The notes under the pieces: model-generated
Told to the model about the DNA's origin: nothing
The model's database searches: none
Seen by the model: only the letters and a program-made list of their open reading frames with translations
Program-made: the position numbers and the translations under genes
Origin: Candidatus Bilamarchaeaceae archaeon
Lineage (GTDB): Archaea > Micrarchaeota > Micrarchaeia > Anstonellales > Bilamarchaeaceae
DNA length: 50,804 bases
Direction of reading: 5' to 3'
Assembly (NCBI GenBank): GCA_038851325.1
Contig: JAWCKZ010000006.1
Coordinates: forward strand, 1-50,804
In this document: positions 18,941-29,056 of the stretch, piece by piece
How positions within the stretch are numbered: position 1 is the first letter of the stretch
How the letters are laid out: the number at the start of each line of letters is the position of its first letter

Positions 18941-19163
18941 AGGTTCTATCATAGAAAATCACAAAATTTAGTAAGAGTTTAAAAATCCCTCGGGCACGAG
19001 GAAAATGAGTGCTTTTATTTTGTGAAAATGCCTATTTTCAGTTTTTTATTGTATGGTAAATTCTATCGAATTTCCCAACAGGACAAATTTTTTGCAAATT
19101 TGTCCTTGTAATAAAATTTTTCAACTTGCTCGTCGTGCGAATTTTCCACTTTTGCAAAAAAGA

Positions 19164-19252
19164 TGGCAGAATGTAGATTTGACGTCAGTGAGCCGAAATT
19201 TTCATCTCGTTGATTGAAATTCTACGTTGTAGGGAATTCTTAGACTGTTACT
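19164..19252 (+). repeat. 89-bp direct repeat, copy 1 (hairpin-forming)
   Basis: 81/89 identical to 21341-21429 by hand alignment. Confidence 0.92.
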
Positions 19253-19289
19253 ACTAACGTTTATATTTTGTAGCAGATAATACACCAAC

Positions 19290-20765
19290 ATGAAGATTGC
19301 TATCCCCACCTTGTTAGACGTTTCCGGATTACATGTAGGGCAGGTTCTCAGCCTCAAAAATGCTGCGGGAATAGCGCGCATGACAAAAAAAAGTTTATTG
19401 ATACCATACAAAAAAGCTTCAGATTATCCGCTGGTTGAGACTATCAAAAAAACTTTAACAGAAAATGAATGCCGGTATGTAGAAATTTTGGATGTTGAAA
19501 ATGAAAGGCACTTTGCAAAAGAAATTAAGAGGTTGGTTATACTTTCTTTCAAAAAACATGGAAAAATAATGAATTTGACCCCACCTCAACAAGACAGCAT
19601 TAGAATAAACTTGATATTCGGAAAGCAGTTTGAATCCGATTTAGAATATTCTATGGGGGCGGTACAAAAATTGAATATAGTCAGCGAGAAAAAGCAAACG
19701 ATTTTTGAAATAGAAAAAGGCCAATATATAACACAAGAGTTTATCAACGCGGCTCTTCCCTGCGTATTTACCGGCATAGATACATTCGTTCTGGGAGGAA
19801 ATGTTATAGGTGCGTGGCCAACGAAGGCGATCAAATTAACAAATTCAGAAGGCAAACCGCTGAACCACTATAATATTTTTCTTGAAGATTTAGTAAAAGA
19901 GCATCTACGTAAAAAAATTGGTGTGCTGGCACCTGAACTTTCACGCGCATACCTAATAGAAGGACTTTTTGAAGCATATCTGTTCGAAAAGATACTCTGG
20001 GAAGAGATCAAATGCGTTGCTGAAGAAATGGTCCTGCCAACAGATTTAGTTAAAAAATCTCTCGGATTGCAAAGAACGATAGACTATCTGAGATGGCATT
20101 TAATAACAGCCCATGGTAAGGACCTATTTAACGAAAATGAGATTTTCTCTCTTTACAAGTTCTTTTTAGAACAGCGAAGGCGACTCACAAAAAAAATGCG
20201 CAAAGCAGAATTTTTTGAGATACTTGGCAAAAGGTCAACAGTTCTAGAACGTTTGCATGAATTATCGAAAAACTTCAACACGGCTGAAATAAGAAGTTAC
20301 CTGCTGCTTCTCTCTAAAACTATGGATAGTGATAGTAACCCAAGCGAAAAAGATTTTGCAGTTTTTTGCAAGACTATTAATTCTGATTTACAGTTGAGTG
20401 AACTGGACGAAATGTCAACAAAGATATTAGGTATAAAATTCTCAGAAGACATTGCACAGAGCATTCGGATGTTTCTCGAATTAAAATGCTCCAAACATCC
20501 AAAAACGCAATTTTTGGAAAAGGAAGCAATTAAGGCTCTGCTACAAAGATTAAGACTCCATAGCCTTTTTGCAAAAAATGATGAGATATACGAAACTCTG
20601 CCAGCTGAAGTTGTCGAGTACCTCTATGATATCGATCCTGTTTACGCAGCTGCCGCATTAAAGAAAATCCTCTCAGAGAGTATAAAGGATAATTTATTGG
20701 TTTTCTATTGGAACAACTTGACTCACATTTCAGATTTGTACAAAAAGGGTTTACCATGCAAATAG
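19290..20765 (+). CDS. Hypothetical protein (491 aa, AT-rich cassette gene 1)
   Basis: Long ORF with an upstream TATA-like TTTATAT; no motif recognised. Confidence 0.75.
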   Translation: MKIAIPTLLDVSGLHVGQVLSLKNAAGIARMTKKSLLIPYKKASDYPLVETIKKTLTENECRYVEILDVENERHFAKEIKRLVILSFKKHGKIMNLTPPQQDSIRINLIFGKQFESDLEYSMGAVQKLNIVSEKKQTIFEIEKGQYITQEFINAALPCVFTGIDTFVLGGNVIGAWPTKAIKLTNSEGKPLNHYNIFLEDLVKEHLRKKIGVLAPELSRAYLIEGLFEAYLFEKILWEEIKCVAEEMVLPTDLVKKSLGLQRTIDYLRWHLITAHGKDLFNENEIFSLYKFFLEQRRRLTKKMRKAEFFEILGKRSTVLERLHELSKNFNTAEIRSYLLLLSKTMDSDSNPSEKDFAVFCKTINSDLQLSELDEMSTKILGIKFSEDIAQSIRMFLELKCSKHPKTQFLEKEAIKALLQRLRLHSLFAKNDEIYETLPAEVVEYLYDIDPVYAAAALKKILSESIKDNLLVFYWNNLTHISDLYKKGLPCK

Positions 20766-21253
20766 CAATAAAACCAAGAAGATTAAACTTAAAGGATGCC
20801 GAGGAGGTATACGAAGCGCTTTCTCCAGAAATTTTTTTGTATCTCAAGTCTAGGCCTCCTAAAAGTCTAGAAGAAGAAAAATCGTATTTAAAGAGGCTAA
20901 TCGATGAAATGAACAACGGTAAAAGCTACTACTATGTCTATAGAGAAAAAAGCATTGGGGTAGTCGGATTCGGAAGTATAAAAATTAAAGGTCATTTTGC
21001 TGAAATAGGCCTTTGGGTGAGAAAAAGCTTATGGGGGAGAGGAATCGGTCGGTTCATACTTAATCATTTGAAAAAAAAAGGTTCAAAAATAAACAAATCC
21101 CTTATTATAGCGTGTCACAAGCATAATCACCGCGCCATTAAACTTTATGTAGCTAGTGGGTTCACAAAATTAAAAAGCAAAGAACAGATAGTCAAAATGT
21201 TCGGCAGATATGAGTGTAAGTTTGTTTATTTTCTCTATAGCGCACCTCCCTAA
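20756..21253 (+). CDS. GNAT (RimJ/RimL-like) N-acetyltransferase
   Basis: AEIGLWVRKSLWGRGIG acetyl-CoA motif and NHRAIKLYVASGF. ATG at 20756 overlaps the upstream stop region. Confidence 0.85.
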   Translation: MQIAIKPRRLNLKDAEEVYEALSPEIFLYLKSRPPKSLEEEKSYLKRLIDEMNNGKSYYYVYREKSIGVVGFGSIKIKGHFAEIGLWVRKSLWGRGIGRFILNHLKKKGSKINKSLIIACHKHNHRAIKLYVASGFTKLKSKEQIVKMFGRYECKFVYFLYSAPP

Positions 21254-21340
21254 TACGTCTCCAAATATTCTGAAACGCCACGATGACCTCTTCCAGCTTT
21301 TTCTTTGCTTTTTCCTGTGAGCAAAATGGATTTATTTGTT

Positions 21341-21429
21341 TGGCAGAATGTAGATTTAACATCGGTGCAACGTAATTTTCATCTCGTTGATTGAAATTCT
21401 ACGTTGTGGGGAATTCTTAGACTGTTACT
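21341..21429 (+). repeat. 89-bp direct repeat, copy 2
   Basis: 81/89 identical to 19164-19252. Confidence 0.92.
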
Positions 21430-21480
21430 GGCCTACGAAAACTTATATAAATCTCAGCGTTCTATAACCTGCGTGATACT

Positions 21481-21765
21481 ATGGCTTCTGAAAAGGGCGC
21501 AGAACTTATCAGAAAACTTATAGAAAAACTCAAGGGTGAGGAAGAGGCACACGCAGGAACGGTTGAGGCCCAACCTGTTCATGAGGAAAAAGCAGAGGCT
21601 GTGGCAGAGGAAAAACCAGAGAGGAAAGAGAAGGCAGAAAAGAAGAAGAAAAAAGTTGTTAAAAAGACTGAGACAAAGAAAGCAAAAAGAGAAGCAAAAA
21701 AGAAAGAAGAAAAAAGAAAACAGGTACAACTTCGAAAGAAAAAAGGAAAGAAAAAGAGCAAATAG
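21481..21765 (+). CDS. Small Lys/Glu-rich low-complexity protein
   Basis: ATG downstream of TATA-like CTTATATAAA; acidic middle and very basic C-terminus; abuts the pyrG stop. Confidence 0.6.
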   Translation: MASEKGAELIRKLIEKLKGEEEAHAGTVEAQPVHEEKAEAVAEEKPERKEKAEKKKKKVVKKTETKKAKREAKKKEEKRKQVQLRKKKGKKKSK

Positions 21766-23367
21766 TTATCTCTTCTTTTTTTCAAGTGCTGCCTTGATGA
21801 AGGCAACGAAGAGCGGAGCAGGTTCTTCAAGTCTACTTTTGAGCTCTATGTGCGGTTGTGTCCCAACACCAAAACCTTCCTTCCATTCAACAATCTCAAC
21901 AATTCCGCTCGGATGTCTACCTGAGATAACAAGGCCGCTTTCCTCGAGCCGTTGCGCAAAATCCGGGTTTACTTCATATCTATGCCTGTGCCTTTCATAT
22001 ATAACATCGCTTTTGTATGCGTTGTGCGCGTGCGTTCCTTTCTTAAGCCTGCATTCATAAGCACCAAGCCTGTTTGTTCCGCCCATGGTGGCGATTTGTT
22101 TTTGCTCTGGTAAAAGATCGATGACCGGATAGGTTGTTTTCTTTTCGAATTCTGTTGAGTTTGCTCCTTCCATACCACATACGTTTCGTGCGTATTCTAC
22201 GACCATCAGCTGCATGCCAAGACAAAGACCCAGACAAGGAATGCGTTCCTCTCGTGCATATTTTATGGCAGCAATTTTTCCCTCTATTCCGCGTGCGCCG
22301 TACCCTCCAGGAACGAGTATTCCGTCATGTCCACTCAACACTGCCGTGCCTTCCTTTTCGATATCACTTGATTCTATCCAATGAATGTTAACCTTTACAT
22401 CATTTGCTGCTCCTCCATGAATAAGCGCTTCCTTTACACTTGCATACGCGTCCTTTACAGCGGTGTATTTCCCAACTACTGCTATTCTTACCTCGTCTTT
22501 CGGTGAAAGTATCCGCTCGACTGCGCGTTTCCACTGCTTAAGTTCTGGTTCCCTTGCTTGTACGTTGAGATATTTAGAGATGACAGAAATCAATCCCTGC
22601 TTTTCCAACACAAGTGGGAGCTCGTACACTGTTCTGACAGTAGGGTCGTCGAAAACCGCATCCTCGTTCACATTGCAGTACATAGCAATCTTTTTCTTCG
22701 ACTCCTCAGTAAGCGGTTCGTTTTCTCTGCATATTATTACACGCGGCTGAATGCCCATGGACTGCAATACTCTCGTTGCATGCTGCGTTGGCTTAGTTTT
22801 TTGCTCCCCTTCAGCCAAGCTTGGCACATATGTTAGCTGAATAAAAAGAAGATTGTCGTCTTCTTCTCCATAAAGTTGCCTCATTGCCTCCAAGAAATAG
22901 CCGTTTTCAAGATCTCCCACTGTTCCACCGACCTCTATTAGTACGATATCTGCTTTTGTGCGCTCCCCTACATCCTTTACCCAACTCTTAATCTCGTCAG
23001 TAAGGTGCGGTACAAATTGCACATCACGACCGAGGTATTCCCCCTTTCGCTCCTTTGTTATTATTTTTTGAAAGAGTTTTCCTCCGGTTATAGAACAAAA
23101 GCCGGGAAGCGATATGTTCAAAAATCGTTCATAAGTTCCGAAGTCCATATCAACTTCAGTTCCATCATCTAGCACGAAGACCTCGCCATGCCTAAATGGA
23201 TTCATCGTTCCGCAGTCAACATTGAGGTACCCATCAAACTTTATCGGCGCAACAGTGTATCCTCTTGCCTGAAGGAGCTTTCCAATTGAGGCAGTCACTA
23301 TGCCCTTACCCAAACCGGACATAATTGAGCCGACTACCACGATATATTTTCTGTTTTTAAGTAGCAT
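21766..23367 (-). CDS. pyrG: CTP synthase
   Basis: SGLGKGI, DCGTMNPFRHGEVFV, EVGGTVGDLE, KTKPTQH, GLCLGMQ, ERHRHRYEVN. Confidence 0.97.
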   Translation of the reverse strand: MLLKNRKYIVVVGSIMSGLGKGIVTASIGKLLQARGYTVAPIKFDGYLNVDCGTMNPFRHGEVFVLDDGTEVDMDFGTYERFLNISLPGFCSITGGKLFQKIITKERKGEYLGRDVQFVPHLTDEIKSWVKDVGERTKADIVLIEVGGTVGDLENGYFLEAMRQLYGEEDDNLLFIQLTYVPSLAEGEQKTKPTQHATRVLQSMGIQPRVIICRENEPLTEESKKKIAMYCNVNEDAVFDDPTVRTVYELPLVLEKQGLISVISKYLNVQAREPELKQWKRAVERILSPKDEVRIAVVGKYTAVKDAYASVKEALIHGGAANDVKVNIHWIESSDIEKEGTAVLSGHDGILVPGGYGARGIEGKIAAIKYAREERIPCLGLCLGMQLMVVEYARNVCGMEGANSTEFEKKTTYPVIDLLPEQKQIATMGGTNRLGAYECRLKKGTHAHNAYKSDVIYERHRHRYEVNPDFAQRLEESGLVISGRHPSGIVEIVEWKEGFGVGTQPHIELKSRLEEPAPLFVAFIKAALEKKKR

Positions 23368-23466
23368 ATAACTTACATCTTAAGAAGTTTTTAAAAATAA
23401 TCTGGTCAAGACGCCCGCTTCCTGTAGCCAGAGGGTTTTTTATTCTTTCACAGCATCAATTTAGTT

Positions 23467-25374
23467 ATGGCAGATCAAAAACAAAAGGCGCTGATTAAGA
23501 AACCAGCAGAACTCGAGGCGGTACCTATTAAAACAGAAACAGAGAAAACAAAAACAGAGGAGCTGGTGGCGCGTTTGCGTGAAATAAACTCTGCCTTTAA
23601 GGAAGCATCGGCCAAGTTGAAAAACGCCCATGACACTCTTGCTGATTACTACGATTACGAAAAGGGAAAAATAGGGTTTTTATTTGGTTGGCTTTCCTTC
23701 TCTTACAAACACGCCTTCATCTCTTTTTTTCCACCTGATGTTGTGGAGAGGAAAGAGACAAGCAATTATCCGGATAAAAAGAAGGTGAACGCTGCTCTTG
23801 CCGAAGGAGCAGTTTCGTTAAAGAAAATGTTTGGCTTGCTACCAGAAGCAGAAGAACTTCTAGAAAAGATTGAAAAAAGCAGCGATGCCACAGCAATAAA
23901 GACAACTTATGATTATCTTTATCTGGTCGGCGGCACGCTTTTCCTTGCGCATCTTTTCAAGGACCAATTTGAAAACGGTGCGAAGGCAGCAGAGGAGGAG
24001 TATAATTTTATAACGAAAATAAAACCTAAGCAACCTGTTATCTCTGCGCAGAAGGGCAAGCCAATACCGATAGAAAATGCACCTCTTTTAGAACTTCCAT
24101 CGACGACGACAGATCTTCTTACATACGGTCCGCGGAAGGTCTATTTTGATCCGTATACTGGCGCTTATGGACCAAAAGAGATGATTGAACTTGCTCGAGA
24201 TGTAAAAACTGGAAAAAAGAAGATAGAGATTAATTTGGACGACTTCCTTCTACTCCTACCAATCGTAGGTCCAGCTGTCTCCATTATAAATGATATAAAA
24301 ATGATAAAAGAAGGCGCACCAACGGAAAAAAAGATCGGGGGAGCAATGCTCGTGTTGGATGTTATCTTTGCAGGGCTCGATGCTCAGTGGTTAATCCACC
24401 TTGGAGCGCGGAGTGTTGCGAAGACCATCGGCAGAGATGCTCTTGTAAGAATGAGCGAAGAAAAGGCAACCGGGGCTCTCGTAACAGAAACAGAGCAAGA
24501 CATCTTTATGAAGGCTGCTTCTGAGCTTGACGATAAGAAATTATTTAAAGAACTCCTTAAGATTTCAAAGGAAAAAGGTAGTTGGAAAACCGTCGCGGAA
24601 GAAGTCGCGAAAATGGCTGGTGACGGACCTATAACAAAAAAGGTATTCGAGAAATACCTAGCGATTGAGAAGAAAAGAGGAGAGAAGTGGCTAAAGAGTT
24701 ATCTCGGAGAGATGTACCGCGATCTTAGCATCTTTATTTCAGATAGTATGTTCGAGAAAAATATTCGCGCACTGATAATAAGAGAGATAGTCCACGGGAC
24801 CGACCTCAAGACGTTGAGAGCGCTTGGAAAAACGCTCGAAGGACTTCCGGTCAAGGAGAAAAAGGTTGCTATCTCCGCGATTTTCAACTCCATTATGTCG
24901 TTCTCACCCAGTGCGCAGAGAGCGCTTCTTGATTTTGTAAAGAAAAAAGGATGGAAAGAACTTTATTCTGAGGTTAAGGGCGTTGTGCATGAGCGCGGCG
25001 GCTCACAAGCGGTAAAGGCACTGGACAAGGGAGAGCTTAAGCAGGGAATGCTCGCAGAGGCAACAAAAACCGTGCTGCAGAAAGAAGTTAAGGAGTATTC
25101 GTTTGCATATAAATTGGCACCTTTTAAAGAGTTGGCAAAGCTGAGCGCTCTCATTGGTTTTGCACACGGTGTTTTTACTGCCGTCCGTGCGCTTGGAGAA
25201 TACATGGTTGCAAAAGAAGAAGAGAAAGCAAAGGCTATGGAGGATAAAATAAGAAAATATGAGCAGCTTGCCATAGAAATATCGACTCTTTCAGAGGAGC
25301 AACCGGAGAGCGAGCTAGTAGAAACTGCGGCAGAGATGTTTTCAAAAGGCGCAAAAGGCGCAAAAGGAGAATGA
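23467..25374 (+). CDS. Hypothetical helical protein (635 aa) with internal hydrophobic hairpin
   Basis: Long ORF; LLLLPIVGPAVSII...IGGAMLVLDVIFAGL; second hydrophobic helix near the C-terminus. Confidence 0.8.
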   Translation: MADQKQKALIKKPAELEAVPIKTETEKTKTEELVARLREINSAFKEASAKLKNAHDTLADYYDYEKGKIGFLFGWLSFSYKHAFISFFPPDVVERKETSNYPDKKKVNAALAEGAVSLKKMFGLLPEAEELLEKIEKSSDATAIKTTYDYLYLVGGTLFLAHLFKDQFENGAKAAEEEYNFITKIKPKQPVISAQKGKPIPIENAPLLELPSTTTDLLTYGPRKVYFDPYTGAYGPKEMIELARDVKTGKKKIEINLDDFLLLLPIVGPAVSIINDIKMIKEGAPTEKKIGGAMLVLDVIFAGLDAQWLIHLGARSVAKTIGRDALVRMSEEKATGALVTETEQDIFMKAASELDDKKLFKELLKISKEKGSWKTVAEEVAKMAGDGPITKKVFEKYLAIEKKRGEKWLKSYLGEMYRDLSIFISDSMFEKNIRALIIREIVHGTDLKTLRALGKTLEGLPVKEKKVAISAIFNSIMSFSPSAQRALLDFVKKKGWKELYSEVKGVVHERGGSQAVKALDKGELKQGMLAEATKTVLQKEVKEYSFAYKLAPFKELAKLSALIGFAHGVFTAVRALGEYMVAKEEEKAKAMEDKIRKYEQLAIEISTLSEEQPESELVETAAEMFSKGAKGAKGE

Positions 25375-25435
25375 ATTTATTTATTTCTATTCTAAAAATA
25401 TATATAAAGAATATAAATGTTATAATAAAGGTGTT

Positions 25436-27997
25436 GTGATGGGTGGCACAACGACAGCCCAAATTGAAAAAACAGAGGAAGAAAAGAAGAAAAAAGAATC
25501 AAGGATAAAAAAAACTGTTGGTTGGGTTGTAGAAAAGATAAAACCAAAACCATGCCCAGTTTTAACTGAAGTGCCAGAACCCGGTTTGTTCTCCCAAAAG
25601 GCAAATGAGATTTTGGAAAAAATTAAAAAAATGAAGGCTGAAGAAGTTGCTGAGGTGCTTCGTAACGTTTATGAATATGTTAGAACCCATAAAGTCGCTC
25701 CTGCTGATGCAGAAAATATTGGTGTTTTAATAAAAAATATTGCGGGCGAACGGTCCGACGCATGGAACCTTATCCTTTCCTCGAAAGATGAATGGTCAAA
25801 AGGGCTTATCGAACTTCTTGGAAAACAATACATCTTAAAATACACAACCTCGCCTCTTACAGAAAGAGACGCTATCGTTATTTTGAATATCCTTGCTGAC
25901 AGGGAAAGTAGCAAAGGGAATGTACAAGAAGTATTATCATCTATTTCAGGTAGATTTAGTGTCAAGTTCACCACAGCAGAAGAGACATGGCTTTTTACCA
26001 ACTGGTTAAGAAGCGGTATCATAAAGGAGAGCGCAATTCCACAACGTATAGCGGCTCTTGAAGGAAGAATACTTGGGAATCTTGGTTTTGATCCAAAATG
26101 GAAAGAAGAGTTTCTTCGCACCTTTGGCGATAACCTAAGAAAAATTGCTGAATACAAAGACCTCAACGCGTTACTTTTTGCGAGCATAAAGGACGAAAAA
26201 TTTTTGAAAAGGCTTGAAGAGGACGGGCAGGGAAAGTTAGTTGCTATTATACAAAAAGCAAAAAATTTCGACGAGCTCATCACAGCACTAAAGTGGGGTG
26301 AGTCTGCCTCAAAAAATATAGAGAAGGGAATAATTACACGCGAGTATTTGGAACAATATGGAAAGCGGACTGAATTTTATGATTTTGGTACCTCGTTTGA
26401 GAGCTCGATTAACTCTGTTAAGGATGAGTTTGATGAGCTAAAACTGCTTGTAGAATATGCAAGGCAGTACGGCGTGAAAGACGAGATGATTCAAAACGCG
26501 ATTAAGAATCATACCCCGATTTTTGATGGTGAGTGGAGAAAAGCAATTGGGAAAGCAGCATCGTCTGGTGGTCGGAAAATAAGCAAACTTCTCATATGGC
26601 CTACCTATAAGGCTTATGAACTTCCCAAAACGGAAAAAGGCTATCTTAAAAAGGGCGGGTGGGGGCTTGTTCAGCTTGCCTGGCTCGGCGCGATAATATA
26701 TGCTTCGGTTTATGCTTATTCTAAGCTTAAGCCAAAGGTAACTGAAGAGAAGGAAATCGAAAAGATCAGGAGTAGTCTCGAAAAACTGGGTGCAAGCCCC
26801 GCGGAGAGCACGCTTGAATTTTTTGCTGAGAACAAAGCACTCTTGGAGTTCATCAGAACAAAAGCTCCTGTAAGTGGAGTATTTCCAAAAACTGAGAAAG
26901 AAGCGAGATTCCTGCTCTACAATCCGGAGAAGGGCGGTTACTATTTTAATTATAAAAAAATCAACGACTTTGTTGATGCGTTAAAGGAACTAAAGAAGAA
27001 AAATCCAAATATAGAATTCATGAAGCTCCTTAATGATAATTTCGATAAGTTTGTTGAGAAAAGTTTTTTCGTACCTTACGGTATGGTTTTCCTCACAAAG
27101 TTTGCTGAACTCTTTGGTTTTAAGAACGAAATTATAAAGTATTTCATGGAACGCAAAGATAAGTTCCTTATGTTGTACGCTGGAGTTTTGAATGGTAGCG
27201 TTCCACTATCCTATGTAGCGGAACACAGAGAATGGGCTCTTGAGAGAGCTACAGATAAATTCGAAGGAGAAAAAGTGATTACTAATAAAAACTCTCTTAT
27301 GGACCTTCTGGACGCCTACACAGCGTCTGGGCTTGTTGCCTTTGATACCTTTAATGCATTGATAAAGAATCCCGAGGCTCGGAAGCGCCTCAATGAGATC
27401 GTTCTTAAAGAAAACGAACTTGTTTACGGAGATTTGAGCGCGCTTTGTGAAGAAATAGCAAAAGGTCATGAGGCCGAAGCGGAACTCAGTCGTGCTCATG
27501 ACCTTGCTCATGACCTTAAATTAAAATATTTTATTGGCCCTGCAGAAATAGCAAAATGGGACACTCGATTCTTGGATGACCCTGACGCTGCTCGGTTTAT
27601 CATGAGATACTCTCAGAAGAACGCAGGTATTTTCAAATGGCTTAATAATAAAGCAACAAAATTAAAAGCGTACGAAATAGTCAAATATTTAATGGGATAT
27701 GAAAATCTCATGAAAACATATGTGGATAGACTAAGCGATCTTGAGGACTACCTTAACAGAATGGCAGCCTCAAAGGAGTGGGAAAAGTTTTATTGGGAGG
27801 GAAAGCTGTTCCCAACTCCGATGGATGTCTTTTCAAGCCTGCCGAGAAAGTTAGGGGCTGTCGAAGAAGAAATAAAAAAAGAAAAGCCGCAAGAAGAAAT
27901 GAAACCAGTTCAAAAAAAGAAGAAGCCAAAAAAAACCACCGGAAAAAAACAAGAAAAAGAACAAGGAGGAAAAGAAGTACTGGGGGAGATATCGTAG
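25436..27997 (+). CDS. Hypothetical single-pass membrane protein (853 aa)
   Basis: Central TM GGWGLVQLAWLGAIIYASVYAY; charged helical domains on both sides; AGGTG SD upstream. Confidence 0.8.
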   Translation: MMGGTTTAQIEKTEEEKKKKESRIKKTVGWVVEKIKPKPCPVLTEVPEPGLFSQKANEILEKIKKMKAEEVAEVLRNVYEYVRTHKVAPADAENIGVLIKNIAGERSDAWNLILSSKDEWSKGLIELLGKQYILKYTTSPLTERDAIVILNILADRESSKGNVQEVLSSISGRFSVKFTTAEETWLFTNWLRSGIIKESAIPQRIAALEGRILGNLGFDPKWKEEFLRTFGDNLRKIAEYKDLNALLFASIKDEKFLKRLEEDGQGKLVAIIQKAKNFDELITALKWGESASKNIEKGIITREYLEQYGKRTEFYDFGTSFESSINSVKDEFDELKLLVEYARQYGVKDEMIQNAIKNHTPIFDGEWRKAIGKAASSGGRKISKLLIWPTYKAYELPKTEKGYLKKGGWGLVQLAWLGAIIYASVYAYSKLKPKVTEEKEIEKIRSSLEKLGASPAESTLEFFAENKALLEFIRTKAPVSGVFPKTEKEARFLLYNPEKGGYYFNYKKINDFVDALKELKKKNPNIEFMKLLNDNFDKFVEKSFFVPYGMVFLTKFAELFGFKNEIIKYFMERKDKFLMLYAGVLNGSVPLSYVAEHREWALERATDKFEGEKVITNKNSLMDLLDAYTASGLVAFDTFNALIKNPEARKRLNEIVLKENELVYGDLSALCEEIAKGHEAEAELSRAHDLAHDLKLKYFIGPAEIAKWDTRFLDDPDAARFIMRYSQKNAGIFKWLNNKATKLKAYEIVKYLMGYENLMKTYVDRLSDLEDYLNRMAASKEWEKFYWEGKLFPTPMDVFSSLPRKLGAVEEEIKKEKPQEEMKPVQKKKKPKKTTGKKQEKEQGGKEVLGEIS

Positions 27998-28045
27998 AGA
28001 AAAGAAAATAAACACATTAGAAAATAAAATATTAAAGGTGCTTGT

Positions 28046-28999
28046 ATGGTCTCAAAAGAAAATAAAACTGAAGTTGAATTGGAGCGTGTGCTTAACTCTT
28101 TTGTTAAACTAGACCCAAAAAACAGTGATGAGCTTGGAAATAGTTTAAAAAAAACAGGCATGCTTGCCAAGATAAAGGAACTGTCAGAGAGGGGCGATAT
28201 CGCAGATGCCCTGTACAAAATTATCTCAAAGAGGCCAGAATTCGCAGCGTTCGTGGGGGCATTAAAAAGCCCAACTGCTAATCTATCTTCTGAAGATGGT
28301 AAACTTTCTGTCATTCGGTTATTTTTTCACTTTGAGGCTTCAAAGAATGAAAAGTTAGCAAAGGAGTTACAGCACTACCTTAAGACAGATTTTGTCCGCG
28401 ATGGTAAACTCTACAAGCCTTGGCTTCTCGTTGGTCTTCTTGTTTATTGTAGAAGAGCAGAATACCCGAAAAGTAGGCTCCTGTGGGATGAAAAGAAGCA
28501 AGAGCCCTATTTTTATGTGAAAGAATTAAAAGCCGTCTCAGGGATAAAAGCAACCACTCCAAAACCTTTGTCTGATGCACTTATTGAGTCTTTTAACAAA
28601 GGAGATGATAGGGCTTTCAAAGCCGACCTTCAAAAGGCAGATCCTGCGACCCTTGAGGATGTTTTTTTACGGCTGTACATAGATAAGATATATACAAACG
28701 ACAATTACAGCAAATACATCAAATCCCCTGGTAGAAAGGCGTATGCGGACTTAACAAAAGGCGACTTTTTAAAGATATGGAAAAACGCAGCAACCGATAG
28801 GGAGGCCATGAACGATATGAAAGGAAAATACAAAGGGTCTATCATTAATTCGACGAGGGAATGGCTTGGGCTGACCTCGATGCTCACTCCAAAGGTGACA
28901 CCAGAGTTGCTTGAGAAAGTGTTCTGGACGCTGGCCCCGAAAACAGCCACGCAACCAAAGAAAACACAACCGGTTCTGCCCGGCACAGTTCCCTGGTAA
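28046..28999 (+). CDS. Hypothetical protein (317 aa)
   Basis: ORF with AGGTG SD upstream; no motif recognised. Confidence 0.75.
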   Translation: MVSKENKTEVELERVLNSFVKLDPKNSDELGNSLKKTGMLAKIKELSERGDIADALYKIISKRPEFAAFVGALKSPTANLSSEDGKLSVIRLFFHFEASKNEKLAKELQHYLKTDFVRDGKLYKPWLLVGLLVYCRRAEYPKSRLLWDEKKQEPYFYVKELKAVSGIKATTPKPLSDALIESFNKGDDRAFKADLQKADPATLEDVFLRLYIDKIYTNDNYSKYIKSPGRKAYADLTKGDFLKIWKNAATDREAMNDMKGKYKGSIINSTREWLGLTSMLTPKVTPELLEKVFWTLAPKTATQPKKTQPVLPGTVPW

Positions 29000-29056
29000 T
29001 TGTTGAAAACAGGGGAAAAATCAGGATTAAAAATGCATGTGCCTAATTATTGATAT

